NCBI GenBank assembly: GCA_963790475.1
Contig: CAWBOS010000010.1
Coordinates: forward strand, 1,954,945 to 2,018,944
Source of the DNA: an uncultured delta proteobacterium
GTDB taxonomy: Bacteria; Desulfobacterota; RBG-13-43-22
DNA length: 64,000 nt
Direction of reading: 5' to 3'
A model generated the notes under the pieces. That model was not told the origin of the DNA, did not search any database, and worked only from the letters and a program-made list of their open reading frames with translations. This document shows, in pieces, positions 19,766 through 29,787 of the stretch. How positions within the stretch are numbered: the stretch's first letter is position 1; each line of letters begins with the position of its first letter. A program made the translations under genes and the position numbers.

Positions 19766-20428
19766 ATGCAAATAAAGACCTCATATCGTTTAAGATCATA
19801 TCGAATTATCGAATATGAAACCGGTGTATTGTGGTGGGAAACCCATTTCGATTTTGGAAGGCAGAGGAGCGGAGAATGCTTTATTCATGGAAACATCTTA
19901 ATCATAAAGCCCTGGAGTGATGAGAAGGACGGATCATTAATAGGAGAATTCCTTGATCAATTGAAAAAATTGCCTTTTTGGGACAAGACTCTTTATTATT
20001 GTTTTTTTTCCGAACTCTTGGAAGTCAAGACCGGCCGAAGGCTGACGGCCGACCTGGTAAAACAAATGTCCTTCAGGATGAACCCCCAGCACGGTGGAGT
20101 GGAAAGGTTAAATGGACTACTGACGGGTCTATATCGGATTGATCGCTATCGTATTACGGTCAACGATGACCGGACCATTTCATGGCACACACCCGGAGGA
20201 ATGGACAGAATCATAGGCGGACAGGGAATAATCGAATCCGGGATTCTTTTTCTTGGACCTATGATTGGGGGTGAATTAAAGCAGAACAAGCAGGAATTCC
20301 TTTACCATTTATCCCGTTTGCCGCAATGGACCGTTACTTCCGCCTGGTGTCGTCATTCCGCTTTACGGTCTTGTCAGGAGAAACAGAAAATCAAATCTCA
20401 CCGGGAAATTTCCGCTCCGCAACAATAA
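19766..20428 (+). CDS. Hypothetical protein with a twofold internal repeat (possibly cut short by an in-frame TAA)
   Basis: YRLRSYRI/YRIDRYRI and EFLDQLKKLPFW/EFLYHLSRLPQW. The frame stays open after the TAA and runs into the 20651 ORF. Confidence 0.6.
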   Translation: MQIKTSYRLRSYRIIEYETGVLWWETHFDFGRQRSGECFIHGNILIIKPWSDEKDGSLIGEFLDQLKKLPFWDKTLYYCFFSELLEVKTGRRLTADLVKQMSFRMNPQHGGVERLNGLLTGLYRIDRYRITVNDDRTISWHTPGGMDRIIGGQGIIESGILFLGPMIGGELKQNKQEFLYHLSRLPQWTVTSAWCRHSALRSCQEKQKIKSHREISAPQQ

Positions 20429-20650
20429 GGCAATCGATCCGGACCTGGAACGGATTCGCTTTCAAAATCCGCCCCAAGCCCAAGAGGAGAGCCTCCCCCA
20501 AAAGAACCATTCCCCGACTTTACTTTTTTTAAATCATTACCGTCTTTCTCTTCTTCGTTTAATATACCTAATTGGCCAAAATTTTCATGGCCATGGTCTT
20601 TCAAGAAAAATTCTTGGGTAACCGGCCTTATCCTATTTGTCCTGGCCGGA

Positions 20651-21295
20651 TTGATCATTACGGGTATCGTTGTCTTTCATGCCCTCGAAGAAAAGTTCGA
20701 TCGACCTCAATGGTATAAAAAACACCACCATGAACATCGCGGTGAACATCATTCCAAATGGAGACCCACGATTAATACCTTCCTGATTTTCTTCACTCTC
20801 TTTTTTATTCTTCCCTTTCTTCTACCCGTATGGGCCTCTGAAAAGGAAATCATCCTGGAAGAAAGCGGGATCCATTATCCAGGCGGGTTTGATCCGAATA
20901 CGGTAGGAGAGGTACAGGGAAAGGCTTTCAATTTTTCACGGCAGGAAAAAGGTCCGGTTCGCTTTCAACTAATATCAGATCGGAAAACCTATACGATCTT
21001 AACTTCTCCCCCTTGGTACTGGAATGAAATCCAAGTCAAGATTTCTGAAGGGACAGAGGTAATTGTCCGGGGCTCGAAATCCTTTGGAAAAGACGGCAAT
21101 CTGTATATTGTTGCCCAGGAAATCCGTATTCCCTTCTCCGGGCAGAATATTGTATTCCGTGGAAAAGACGGAACTCCCCTATGGAAGAATTCCGATAGGC
21201 CCGGGAGAGGGTCCCCAAGTGGGGCCGGTCCTTCTTCCGCTGGAAGAGGTAGATTTGAGACGGGGAGTGGTTCCAGGGGCCACGGCAGGCGATAA
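20651..21295 (+). CDS. Exported OB-fold-like protein (MamS/MamX-domain-like); start uncertain
   Basis: His-rich segment, hydrophobic segment, then FDPNTVGEVQGK..PPWYW..GTEVIVRGS..FRGKDGTPLW. Confidence 0.55.
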   Translation: MIITGIVVFHALEEKFDRPQWYKKHHHEHRGEHHSKWRPTINTFLIFFTLFFILPFLLPVWASEKEIILEESGIHYPGGFDPNTVGEVQGKAFNFSRQEKGPVRFQLISDRKTYTILTSPPWYWNEIQVKISEGTEVIVRGSKSFGKDGNLYIVAQEIRIPFSGQNIVFRGKDGTPLWKNSDRPGRGSPSGAGPSSAGRGRFETGSGSRGHGRR

Positions 21296-21433
21296 ATGAA
21301 TCTTTCGACAGCCGGTCGCCGGGAGTTTGAATAAAACATTTAAGTAACAGGGTTGGTCTGAGGAGGGTAAACAAAAATTTAGATTCCTGGTCGACCCGGG
21401 TTCCGAGAACTAATGTTATACGGCGGCAATTAA

Positions 21434-21736
21434 TTGGAAACCCTGATTATCATTCTGGTCATTATTTTTCTTGTTTATGAATTCATAGAGCATGTGGCCT
21501 TTCCTCTCGTCTGGTCCCTGTTCCGTCGGAGGAAGAAATCATTCACCGGTCCTGAGCGCATTTTAGCAGAGGTGGGAGAAGTCAAAAGATGGGATCGAAG
21601 GGAAGGATATGTTTTTGTTGGTGGGGAGCTTTGGAAAGCCGTCAGCGAATTCCCACTAAAGGCCGGAAATAAAGTAGTGATTCAAAAAATAGAAGGCCTG
21701 ACTTTGACGGTCAACCTACTGAATCCGAAAGAATGA
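21434..21736 (+). CDS. NfeD-like C-terminal OB-fold membrane protein
   Basis: N-terminal transmembrane segment, GYVFVGGELWKA and IEGLTLTV. Confidence 0.8.
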   Translation: METLIIILVIIFLVYEFIEHVAFPLVWSLFRRRKKSFTGPERILAEVGEVKRWDRREGYVFVGGELWKAVSEFPLKAGNKVVIQKIEGLTLTVNLLNPKE

Positions 21737-22010
21737 AGTTATCCGATTCATTGTTCATCTCTTTTAATTTAGACGGAAGGAATTTTACCTCGTTCTTGAC
21801 ACCTCTTTTCTATAAGTTTAAGGAGAAAAATTACCTAATAACGAATTCGCAAATACCCAGAGGTAATGAGAACCTGCCATGGTTATTTCTTTAATTTTTC
21901 AGCATTAATTTATTAAAATTTATGCTATATTATTCTAATTTAGCTCGGGCCGGGCTGGCATATCAAAAGGCAGGCGGAGAAACCGGCTAGAACGGATTCA
22001 ATTAAAGTTA

Positions 22011-22985
22011 ATGAACATCAAACAAAAAGCATCCCTATTTGCAATTGTTTCAGCCTTTATTCTGGCCAGTAGTAAATTTTCAGTAGGTCTCATCTCGGGT
22101 TCCATGGCCGTCCTCTCTTCGGGCCTGGACAGCCTTTTGGATGTCAGTATGTCGGCCATGAATTTCCTGGCCATAGGAAAAGCCGCCCAACCCCCCGATG
22201 ATACGCACCACTACGGTCACGGTAAGGCGGAAAACCTGGCGGCTATTTTTCAAATTATTGCCATCGTCTTCTCCGGCACCTATATCATCGTGACCTCGGT
22301 ACACCGATGGATCGAACATCAAAAAATAAAATATTCCCTCTTGGATTTGGGGGTCATGCTCCTTTCCCTTGGTTTTAGTTTTTTTATATCCAGGCGTCTG
22401 AAAAAAACAGGGGAAATCACCGGTTCCCAGGCCCTCAAAGCCGACGCCCTTCATTATACCAGCGACATTTACTCCAATTCGGCCGCCCTCTTGGCTATTT
22501 TATTGACCTATTTTACCGGTCAGATCTTTTTTGATCTCCTTTTCGCCGTCATCGTCGGTGGTATTATTATTTACTCAGCCGGGATGATCGGAAAGAATGC
22601 CCTGTTCGGTTTGATGGATGCCAGCATTCCGAAGGCCACTGAGGAAAAATTGACCGGTATTTTGGAAGCAATGCCTTATCCCTTTGCCGGTTTTCATAAG
22701 CTCAGAACCCGCTTTTCCGGGAGCAGGATCTATGGGGATTTGCATGTCCTGTTTTGCCGGTTGCTGAAGATAGATGAGGCCCATGAACGAACCCGCGACC
22801 TGGAATTAGAAATAAACCGGAAGATCCCTTCCATGGACCTCGTCATCCACATCGAGCCCTGCGAAGAACCTTGTGAGAACACCATGGAAAGCTGTACAAT
22901 TTTAAAAAAGATCAACCCAGGGAATACCCCTTCTCAGGAGCCTTATTACGGTATTGGGAAAGACCGGACCAACGAATTAAAATAA
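22011..22985 (+). CDS. Cation diffusion facilitator (FieF-like)
   Basis: DSLLD, PPDDTHHYGHGKAE, ADALHYTSD and VIHIEP motifs. Confidence 0.93.
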   Translation: MNIKQKASLFAIVSAFILASSKFSVGLISGSMAVLSSGLDSLLDVSMSAMNFLAIGKAAQPPDDTHHYGHGKAENLAAIFQIIAIVFSGTYIIVTSVHRWIEHQKIKYSLLDLGVMLLSLGFSFFISRRLKKTGEITGSQALKADALHYTSDIYSNSAALLAILLTYFTGQIFFDLLFAVIVGGIIIYSAGMIGKNALFGLMDASIPKATEEKLTGILEAMPYPFAGFHKLRTRFSGSRIYGDLHVLFCRLLKIDEAHERTRDLELEINRKIPSMDLVIHIEPCEEPCENTMESCTILKKINPGNTPSQEPYYGIGKDRTNELK

Positions 22986-23017
22986 ATTCTGTTTCTCAAA
23001 ACTCAGGGAACTGACGT

Positions 23018-23539
23018 ATGAAAATATTGGACATCGGTTGTGGAAACCGGAAGATCAGCGGGGCCATTGGTCTGGATCGAAATCCAAAATCCCAGGCTGA
23101 TGTCCTCCATGATCTGGATGTTCTCCCCTATCCCTTTGAGGACGACCAGTTCGACCAAATCTACGGAATTGATGTGCTGGAACATGTGGCCGATGTCATC
23201 CGGACTTTGGAAGAGATCCACCGGATCGGCCGGCCCGGGGCCCAGGTCTTCATCAAGGTTCCCCACTTCACCAGCACCCAGGCCTACGGAGATCCTACCC
23301 ATCGCCACTTTTTCAACAGACAATCCCTGGATTATTTTTGCGGCGGTTTCCCGGAATATGAATTCTATACCCAGGTTCGATTTAAAAAGATAAAGTCCCG
23401 GATCAATTTCTGGAAGATTCATCGGTTGGATGGGGTGTCCTTCCTGGCCAATCGGTTTCCAGGATATTACGAAAAGCTCTTTGCCTTTATCTTCCCGGCC
23501 ATGAACATCGAGTTTCAGTTGGAAATCATCAAATTGTAG
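23018..23539 (+). CDS. Class I SAM-dependent methyltransferase
   Basis: ILDIGCG motif I, PYPFEDDQFD, VLEH and DPTH. Confidence 0.88.
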   Translation: MKILDIGCGNRKISGAIGLDRNPKSQADVLHDLDVLPYPFEDDQFDQIYGIDVLEHVADVIRTLEEIHRIGRPGAQVFIKVPHFTSTQAYGDPTHRHFFNRQSLDYFCGGFPEYEFYTQVRFKKIKSRINFWKIHRLDGVSFLANRFPGYYEKLFAFIFPAMNIEFQLEIIKL

Positions 23540-23545
23540 CCCTTG

Positions 23546-23880
23546 TTAACCCTTTTTAATTCCATGGAGCAGTTCGCTGCCGGCCCTGGGAAAGACCTGG
23601 CGTTTGTCCAACGGGGTGGGGGCTGAGACCTCCGGCCAGATCTTGGCCATGGGCTCCGGACCTTCCTGAGAGACCTTGGATGGGGCCGAGTCAGCCATAG
23701 AGGGGTTCCGGCGTATATCGAGACCCTCGACATTATGGCTGAATTCGATAGAAATGCCGTTGGGATCAAAGGCGTAAATGGAACGGATAAAGCCGTGATC
23801 GATGACCCCGGAAACCTCGAAGCCGGCGAAGGTAAGTTTGTCTTTGATTTCCCATGGGTCGTCTTCGGTCTCCACTCGAA
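23546..23880 (-). pseudogene. VOC/glyoxalase family C-terminal fragment
   Basis: IDHGFIRSIYAFDPNGISIEF. The N-terminal half is absent next to the att site. Confidence 0.65.
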
Positions 23881-23968
23881 TCATAGCTCCCCTCCTTGAA
23901 AAAGATGAGTGGTTGGTTTCCCAAAAAATCAGGATCAATCTTTTTGGATCACGTCTAATAAATTATTC

Positions 23969-23989
23969 TGGTGCCGAAGGCGGGAATCG
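23969..23989 (-). mobile_element. tRNA 3'-end duplication (att site, tRNA-Leu-like) marking the left boundary of an integrated region
   Basis: The minus strand reads CGATTCCCGCCTTCGGCACCA. An AT-rich TAACTAATTGATATT tract lies next to it. Confidence 0.75.
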
Positions 23990-24322
23990 CTGAATAAGCG
24001 TAACTAATTGATATTAATAATAGTAATATTATAAGATTTTTTGCATTTTACTTCAATTTATAACCTAGGCACAACTTTTTTCTTTAGTTTGCAGAGTGGA
24101 AGGCAGAGGAGCGGTTAAGGTTCCCCTACTAAACTGGAACGACCCTAGACTTTTGGGAAGTCTTTTACAGGGACGAGAATTACTACTTTTTTTATCGAAG
24201 ATTTTTTAATTGCAAGGTAATGATTTTTTTGATACTTTAATAGAATTTGATTAAGTAACCATAAGAGTATCTTACCCTTATGAGCATTACTCAGATTATT
24301 AAAGGTGTGTTGGGAGATGATG

Positions 24323-26065
24323 ATGACCAAGATAAAACATGATGTCGATGTTCTTGAAAAATGCCCGACGGGCATCAAAGGGCTCGATGAGATCACCAAG
24401 GGAGGGCTTCCAAAAGGCCGGCCAACGCTGATTTGCGGCAGTGCGGGTTGCGGCAAAACACTTTTCGCCATGGAGTTTCTCATGCGGGGCGCCTTGGATT
24501 ACGGAGAACCCGGGGTCTTCATGACCTTCGAGGAGACGCCGGAGGATCTCGCCAAGAACTTCGTCTCTCTTGGTTTTGATCTCCATGACCTGACGTCGCG
24601 TGGTCTCATCGCAACGGACTACGTCCACATCGAGCGAAGCGAGATTGAGGAGACGGGTGAATACGACCTGGAAGGATTGTTCATCCGCCTGGGAAACGCC
24701 ATTGATTCCATCGGAGCGAAGCGGGTTGTCTTAGATACCATAGAAGCACTTTTCTCCGAACTGCCTAATGCCACTATCCTTCGGGCAGAGCTTCGTCGGC
24801 TTTTTCACTGGTTGAAAGATCGCGGTGTGACGGCCGTCGTTACGGGGGAAAGCGGCGACAAGACCCTGACCCGCTACGGGCTCGAAGAATACGTCGCCGA
24901 TTGCGTTGTCCTCCTCGACTTTCGCATCGAGAAGCAAATTTCCACCCGCCGCCTGCGTATTGTCAAGTACCGTGGCTCATCTCACGGCTCCGATGAGTAT
25001 CCCTTCCTGATAGACGACAGCGGCCTCTCTATCCTGCCCATCACTTCCCTGGGGCTCGACTACCCCGTTTCCGCGGAGCGCATCTCCACGGGCATCCCCA
25101 AGTTGGATACCATGCTTGATCAGAAGGGGTTCTACCGGGGCAGCACCATCCTTGTCTCCGGTACAGCGGGTACAGGCAAAACAAGTTTGTCGACTACCTT
25201 TGCCGACGCCGCCTGCCGGCGAGGTGAGCGCTGCCTGTATTTTGCCTTCGAGGAATCGCCCAACCAGATCATCCGCAACATGGGCTCCATCGGCATAGAT
25301 CTCGCCCGATGGGTGAAGAAGGGGCTTCTCAAGTTTCACTCAGCCCGGCCTTCGCTTTACGGCCTTGAGATGCATCTGGTCACCTTCCACAAGGTGATCG
25401 ATGCCTTCAATCCCCAGGTCTTCATTGTAGACCCGATCAGCAACCTGAGCGCCGCGGGAACAGCATCAGAGGTCAAATCCATATTAACGCGCCTGATCGA
25501 CCATTTGAAGATGAAAAAGATCTCTACTTTCCTTACGGACCTCACCCATTTTGGAGGGAGTCTTGAACACACGAGCGAAGAGATATCTTCTCTGATCGAT
25601 ACCTGGCTTCTTCTCCGGGATATCGAACTCAATGGGGAACGCAACCGGGGCCTCTACATTTTGAAGTCCCGCGGCATGGCCCACTCCAACCAGATTCAAG
25701 AGTTCCTGCTCACCAACCAGGGCATTGACCTTATCGATATCTATACCGGGTCCGGCGAGGTATTAACGGGGAGTGCCCGGGCCGCCCAGGAAGCCGAGGA
25801 AAAGTCCTCTGAACTGGCACATCAGCGTGACGTGGATCACAGGCTCCGCGAGCAGGAGCGCAAGAGGAAGGCCCTGGAAGAAAAGATCGCAGCCCTCCGG
25901 GCCGAGTTCGATGCGGAATCTGAAGAGCTGCACTTGATGGTGGAAGAAGAGCGGAAAAGACAAGCTGTCCTGGCGGAAGACCGTTTAGATATGGCGCATC
26001 TTCGCCAGCGGGAACCTTCAGGAATCCGGCGAAGCACTCGAAAAAGAAAAGGGAAAGGAGAGTAA
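24323..26065 (+). CDS. kaiC: Circadian-clock-family ATPase/kinase KaiC (KaiC2-type, with C-terminal coiled coil)
   Basis: Two RecA-like domains ([16 protein letters not shown]), FEE motifs, KYRGS and KSRG, phosphosite region EISSLID, charged coiled-coil tail. Confidence 0.95.
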   Translation: MTKIKHDVDVLEKCPTGIKGLDEITKGGLPKGRPTLICGSAGCGKTLFAMEFLMRGALDYGEPGVFMTFEETPEDLAKNFVSLGFDLHDLTSRGLIATDYVHIERSEIEETGEYDLEGLFIRLGNAIDSIGAKRVVLDTIEALFSELPNATILRAELRRLFHWLKDRGVTAVVTGESGDKTLTRYGLEEYVADCVVLLDFRIEKQISTRRLRIVKYRGSSHGSDEYPFLIDDSGLSILPITSLGLDYPVSAERISTGIPKLDTMLDQKGFYRGSTILVSGTAGTGKTSLSTTFADAACRRGERCLYFAFEESPNQIIRNMGSIGIDLARWVKKGLLKFHSARPSLYGLEMHLVTFHKVIDAFNPQVFIVDPISNLSAAGTASEVKSILTRLIDHLKMKKISTFLTDLTHFGGSLEHTSEEISSLIDTWLLLRDIELNGERNRGLYILKSRGMAHSNQIQEFLLTNQGIDLIDIYTGSGEVLTGSARAAQEAEEKSSELAHQRDVDHRLREQERKRKALEEKIAALRAEFDAESEELHLMVEEERKRQAVLAEDRLDMAHLRQREPSGIRRSTRKRKGKGE

Positions 26066-26066
26066 G

Positions 26067-26399
26067 GTGAAAGCTGTCATACCAACAAAGGGGAAGAAAG
26101 CAAAGACCGATTCGACAGAAGAAATCTGGAATCTCCGGTTATATGTAGCCGGTCAGACCCAGAAATCAATTACGGCCTTTGCTAATTTAAAGAAGATCTG
26201 CGAAGAGCACCTCACGGGGAAATACCGCATTGAAGTGATAGACCTTTTAAAGAATCCCCACCTTGCTAAAGGGGACCAGATTATTGCCATACCGACACTG
26301 GTAAGGAAGCTTCCTGAACCGCTTAAAAAGATTATAGGAGATTTGGCTAACACAGAGCGCGTGCTGGTGGGACTCGACATTCGTTCTATATCCGGATGA
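26067..26399 (+). CDS. kaiB: KaiB
   Basis: [39 protein letters not shown]. Confidence 0.95.
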   Translation: MKAVIPTKGKKAKTDSTEEIWNLRLYVAGQTQKSITAFANLKKICEEHLTGKYRIEVIDLLKNPHLAKGDQIIAIPTLVRKLPEPLKKIIGDLANTERVLVGLDIRSISG

Positions 26400-26424
26400 T
26401 AAAACCAACTTTGGAGTAACAGCC

Positions 26425-26769
26425 ATGGAAAGGAAAAGAGGGGAAACGAGCACTGAGGAATTCGAAGAAGTGGCGGCGAAGCAAGACCGGGCAAAGTATG
26501 TTCTTCGGCTGTATGTTACCGGGATGACCCCAAAGTCAACCCAGGCAATCGCCAATGTCCAGAAAATCTGTGAAAAACACCTGGCAGGCCGCTACGAACT
26601 CAAGGTGATAGACATCTACCAGCAGCCCAAGCTGGCCAAGGGAGAGCAGATTATTGCCACCCCAACGCTCATCAAAAAACTCCCTTTACCACTCCGGAAG
26701 CTCATCGGTGACATGTCGGATACGGAAAGGTTTCTTGTCGGCATCGATCTGAAACCCAAGGATTCATGA
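26425..26769 (+). CDS. kaiB: Second KaiB
   Basis: YVLRLYVTGMTPKS, VIDIYQQP, ATPTLIKKLPLPLRKLIGDMS. Confidence 0.93.
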   Translation: MERKRGETSTEEFEEVAAKQDRAKYVLRLYVTGMTPKSTQAIANVQKICEKHLAGRYELKVIDIYQQPKLAKGEQIIATPTLIKKLPLPLRKLIGDMSDTERFLVGIDLKPKDS

Positions 26770-26778
26770 GTACGATCA

Positions 26779-28758
26779 ATGAACAAATCATATAGAACAC
26801 ACCAGCAACTTTTGGATGAATTACAGGAACTCTCATCGCGGATGATGGAGGCTGAGGAAACCCTGCGTGCTATCCGAAGCGGTGAGGTGGATGGTCTGGT
26901 TGTCTCAACGGCGGAAGGAGATCGGGTCTTTACACTGATGGGTGCCGAGCATCCTTACCGGGTCATGGTCGAAACCATGAACGAAGGGGCCGTCACTCTG
27001 GCGTCCGACGGCACGATCCTTTACTGTAACCAAAGTTTTGCAGATATCGTCAGAGGGTCTCTGGAAAAAGTAATAGGATCTTCAATCTACCAATATATTT
27101 CATCAACAGACCTTCAATTATTTAAGGCATTGATTGAGCAGGGTTTAAAGGGGAACAGTAAGGGAGAACTGGCCTTACAGGCCGGAAGTGAAAATTCGGC
27201 ACCTGTCTTACTTTCCGTAAGTGCCCTTCAGCGCACGGACATGCCAGGTACGGTGTGCGCCGTAATGGTGGACATCACCGAGCGCAAGAAGATGGAGGAG
27301 ACGCTAAAGACTTCTGAAACTCGCTACCGCCGTCTCTTTGAAGCAGCCCAAGATGGAATATTAATCCTCAATGCCGAGACAGGACAAATAGTGGATGTTA
27401 ACCCATTCTTGTTAGAAATGCTGGGTTATACACATGAGGAGCTTTTTGGGAAAAAACTCTGGGAAATAGGCACGTTTAGAGATATTGAAGCATCGAAAGC
27501 CACCTCTGCGGAATTGAAGAGCAAAGGATATGTTCGCTACCATGATTTGCCGCTTAAGACGAAAGAAGGGCGGGAAATTTCCGTAGAATTTGTCAGCAAT
27601 GTCTATCTGGTTAATCATCATGAAGTGATTCAGTGTAACATCCGCGACACCACTGAAAGGAAACTTACAGCAGAGGCTTTAAAAAAATCTCACAACGAAC
27701 TGGAACGACAAGCTGTCGAACTTCGCACAGCTCTTTCTGAAATCCAAACCATGAAAGACCAACTGGAAGCCGAGAATATTTATTTCCGTCAAGAGAACAA
27801 AAGGAGACATCGATTCGACCATATTATCGGGCAAAGCGATGGTCTCAAGTATGTTCTCTATCGAGCGGAACAGGTCGCCCCTCAGGACACCACGGTCCTT
27901 ATTCTCGGTGAGACCGGTACGGGAAAAGAACTGGTCGCCGCTGCCATTCATAACCTAAGCCCTCGCCGGGAACGACCCTTGATCACCGTCAACTGTGCCG
28001 CCCTGCCGGCCAATTTAATCGAGAGCGAATTGTTCGGCCGGGAGAAGGGGGCCTTTACCGGGGCCGATACCCGGCAAGTCGGCCGGTTTGAGATCGCCCA
28101 TGGTTCCACCCTTTGCTTAGACGAGATCGGGGAACTGCCTTTGGATTTACAGGCCAAGCTGCTCCGGGTGATCCAGCATAATGAATTTGAGCGCCTGGGC
28201 TCGTCCAGGACCATCAAAGTCAATGTGCGGATCCTGGCGACAACCAATCGAAACCTTGAGGAAGAGGTGCGCCACAGTCGGTTTCGCCAGGACCTTTACT
28301 ATCGTCTCAACGTCTTCCCCATCACTGTCCCTCCTCTAAGGCAGCGGAAAGAAGACATCCCGCTGATGGTCCAGGCCTTCATAGAACGGTATTCTAAGAA
28401 ATTGGGCAAACAGATCACGTCCATTCAGAAGGAAACGATGAAGGCCCTCCAGGATTATCCCTGGCCCGGGAATGTCCGGGAGCTGGAAAGCATCATTGAA
28501 CGGGCCGTGATACTGTGCCCCGGGCCGGTCTTGCATCTGGCAGATAAACTGGAAATTTCATCCCCCCCACTCTCATCCCCCGTGAGAACCCTGGAAGGGA
28601 CGGAGCGAAACCAAATTATTAAGACCCTTTCAGAAACCCGATGGCGAATCGAGGGAAAGGACGGGGCCGCAGCTATCCTGGGCCTCCACCCAAGCACCCT
28701 GAGAGCCAGAATGCATAAGCTCGGGATAGTCCGGCCGGAAACTAAACCCTCGGATTAG
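26779..28758 (+). CDS. PAS-PAS sigma54 enhancer-binding protein
   Basis: N-terminal AEETLRAIRSGEVDGLVV, two PAS/PAC domains, GETGTGKE, ESELFGREKGAFTGA, WPGNVREL and HTH GAAAILGLHPSTLRARM. Confidence 0.93.
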   Translation: MNKSYRTHQQLLDELQELSSRMMEAEETLRAIRSGEVDGLVVSTAEGDRVFTLMGAEHPYRVMVETMNEGAVTLASDGTILYCNQSFADIVRGSLEKVIGSSIYQYISSTDLQLFKALIEQGLKGNSKGELALQAGSENSAPVLLSVSALQRTDMPGTVCAVMVDITERKKMEETLKTSETRYRRLFEAAQDGILILNAETGQIVDVNPFLLEMLGYTHEELFGKKLWEIGTFRDIEASKATSAELKSKGYVRYHDLPLKTKEGREISVEFVSNVYLVNHHEVIQCNIRDTTERKLTAEALKKSHNELERQAVELRTALSEIQTMKDQLEAENIYFRQENKRRHRFDHIIGQSDGLKYVLYRAEQVAPQDTTVLILGETGTGKELVAAAIHNLSPRRERPLITVNCAALPANLIESELFGREKGAFTGADTRQVGRFEIAHGSTLCLDEIGELPLDLQAKLLRVIQHNEFERLGSSRTIKVNVRILATTNRNLEEEVRHSRFRQDLYYRLNVFPITVPPLRQRKEDIPLMVQAFIERYSKKLGKQITSIQKETMKALQDYPWPGNVRELESIIERAVILCPGPVLHLADKLEISSPPLSSPVRTLEGTERNQIIKTLSETRWRIEGKDGAAAILGLHPSTLRARMHKLGIVRPETKPSD

Positions 28759-28762
28759 GAAG

Positions 28763-28930
28763 TCCGGCACCCCTCAAAATTTCCCTCAATATATGGAGGT
28801 TCCACTAAATATGGAGGTCCAACACATCCATTCGACCTTCTTTGCTATTCCCCCCTTACAATAAAACCCTGCGATATCAGGCCTGATTCCAAGCTTTTTC
28901 TTTTTTCTGATTTTTGGCAACCTCTTTGCA
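28763..28930 (+). promoter_or_regulatory. Conserved enhancer/sigma54 promoter module, copy 1
   Basis: CCCTCAAAATTTCCCTCAATATATGGAGGTTCCACTAAATATGGAGG...GATATCAGGCCTGATTCCA...TGGCAACCTCTTTGCA. Confidence 0.85.
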
Positions 28931-28943
28931 TTAACTATTCTCT

Positions 28944-29276
28944 ATGATCCTGGTCGTCATACGCATGAAGGTGCTTCCCGAGAAGCACCTGGAGTTGTCG
29001 CAGACGATTGCTTCCCTGATCAGCTCCATAAGGGCGGAGAAAGGTTGCCGGCGTTGCGACTTTTACCAGAGTGTTGAGGATGAAAATCAACTCAATCTTC
29101 TTGAGGAATGGGATACCCAGGAAAACTTTAATGGCTACCTGAAGTCGAGGAGTTTTGGGGTACTCCGGGGGGCGATGAATCTTCTCCAGGAGCCCTCTGA
29201 AATGACGTTCCACACCGTTTTCCACCCGGCAGGGATAAAGGAGATTTTAATAGATAAATTTCCTAAAAAGAGATAA
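28944..29276 (+). CDS. Antibiotic biosynthesis monooxygenase (ABM) family protein
   Basis: IRAEKGC..CDFYQ, LLEEW and the ~100-aa ferredoxin-like pattern. Confidence 0.82.
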   Translation: MILVVIRMKVLPEKHLELSQTIASLISSIRAEKGCRRCDFYQSVEDENQLNLLEEWDTQENFNGYLKSRSFGVLRGAMNLLQEPSEMTFHTVFHPAGIKEILIDKFPKKR

Positions 29277-29313
29277 AGGCTGAAATAATAAAAGAAGAAA
29301 GGAGATAAATGTC

Positions 29314-29466
29314 ATGGGACTCATCCTGATCGTCATCTTAGTCCTGGTGCTCATCGGCGCCTTGCCCACCTGGAATCACAGTAAGTCCTGGGGACCTTAT
29401 CCCAGCGGCGGAATCGGATTGATCCTTCTGATTGTGATCATCCTCTTAGTATTAGGGCGGATTTGA
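29314..29466 (+). CDS. DUF3309-type small membrane protein
   Basis: MGLILIVILVLVLIGALPTWNHSKSWGPYPSGGIGLILL..GRI with an AAGGAG RBS. It is below the ORF-track length cutoff. Confidence 0.88.
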   Translation: MGLILIVILVLVLIGALPTWNHSKSWGPYPSGGIGLILLIVIILLVLGRI

Positions 29467-29652
29467 GGATGTTTTAAGGCACATCAATTAGTTTTCAACA
29501 CCAACGACACAGAAAAAAGCGGAGATTTCCAGCCGCGCTGCTTCACTTGAAAAAGATACAAACAGGGTATGTAAAACGCATAGCCCCTAACCGTAGTCCA
29601 TGAATTGGGGGAATCTTGGCTCGTACAGAGCTTGGAAAGGAGGACGGACGCC

Positions 29653-29787
29653 ATGCAAATAGGACTAACGCCACAGCCGGTGGTTGCTCTAATCGCGGGA
29701 ATCCTGATTCTTGTCGCCCCGAGACTTTTGAATTATATCGTTGCCATCTATCTCATTATTTTTGGTATTCTCGGGTTGATCCGCTGA
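29653..29787 (+). CDS. DUF3096-type small membrane protein
   Basis: PVVALIAGILILVAPRLLNYIVAIYLIIFG with an AGGAGG RBS. Confidence 0.88.
   Translation: MQIGLTPQPVVALIAGILILVAPRLLNYIVAIYLIIFGILGLIR

Noticed and set aside
20651-22985. Magnetosome gene cluster (MamS-like domain, cytochrome, CDF)
   Set aside because: No recognisable core mam genes are present, and these families are widespread.
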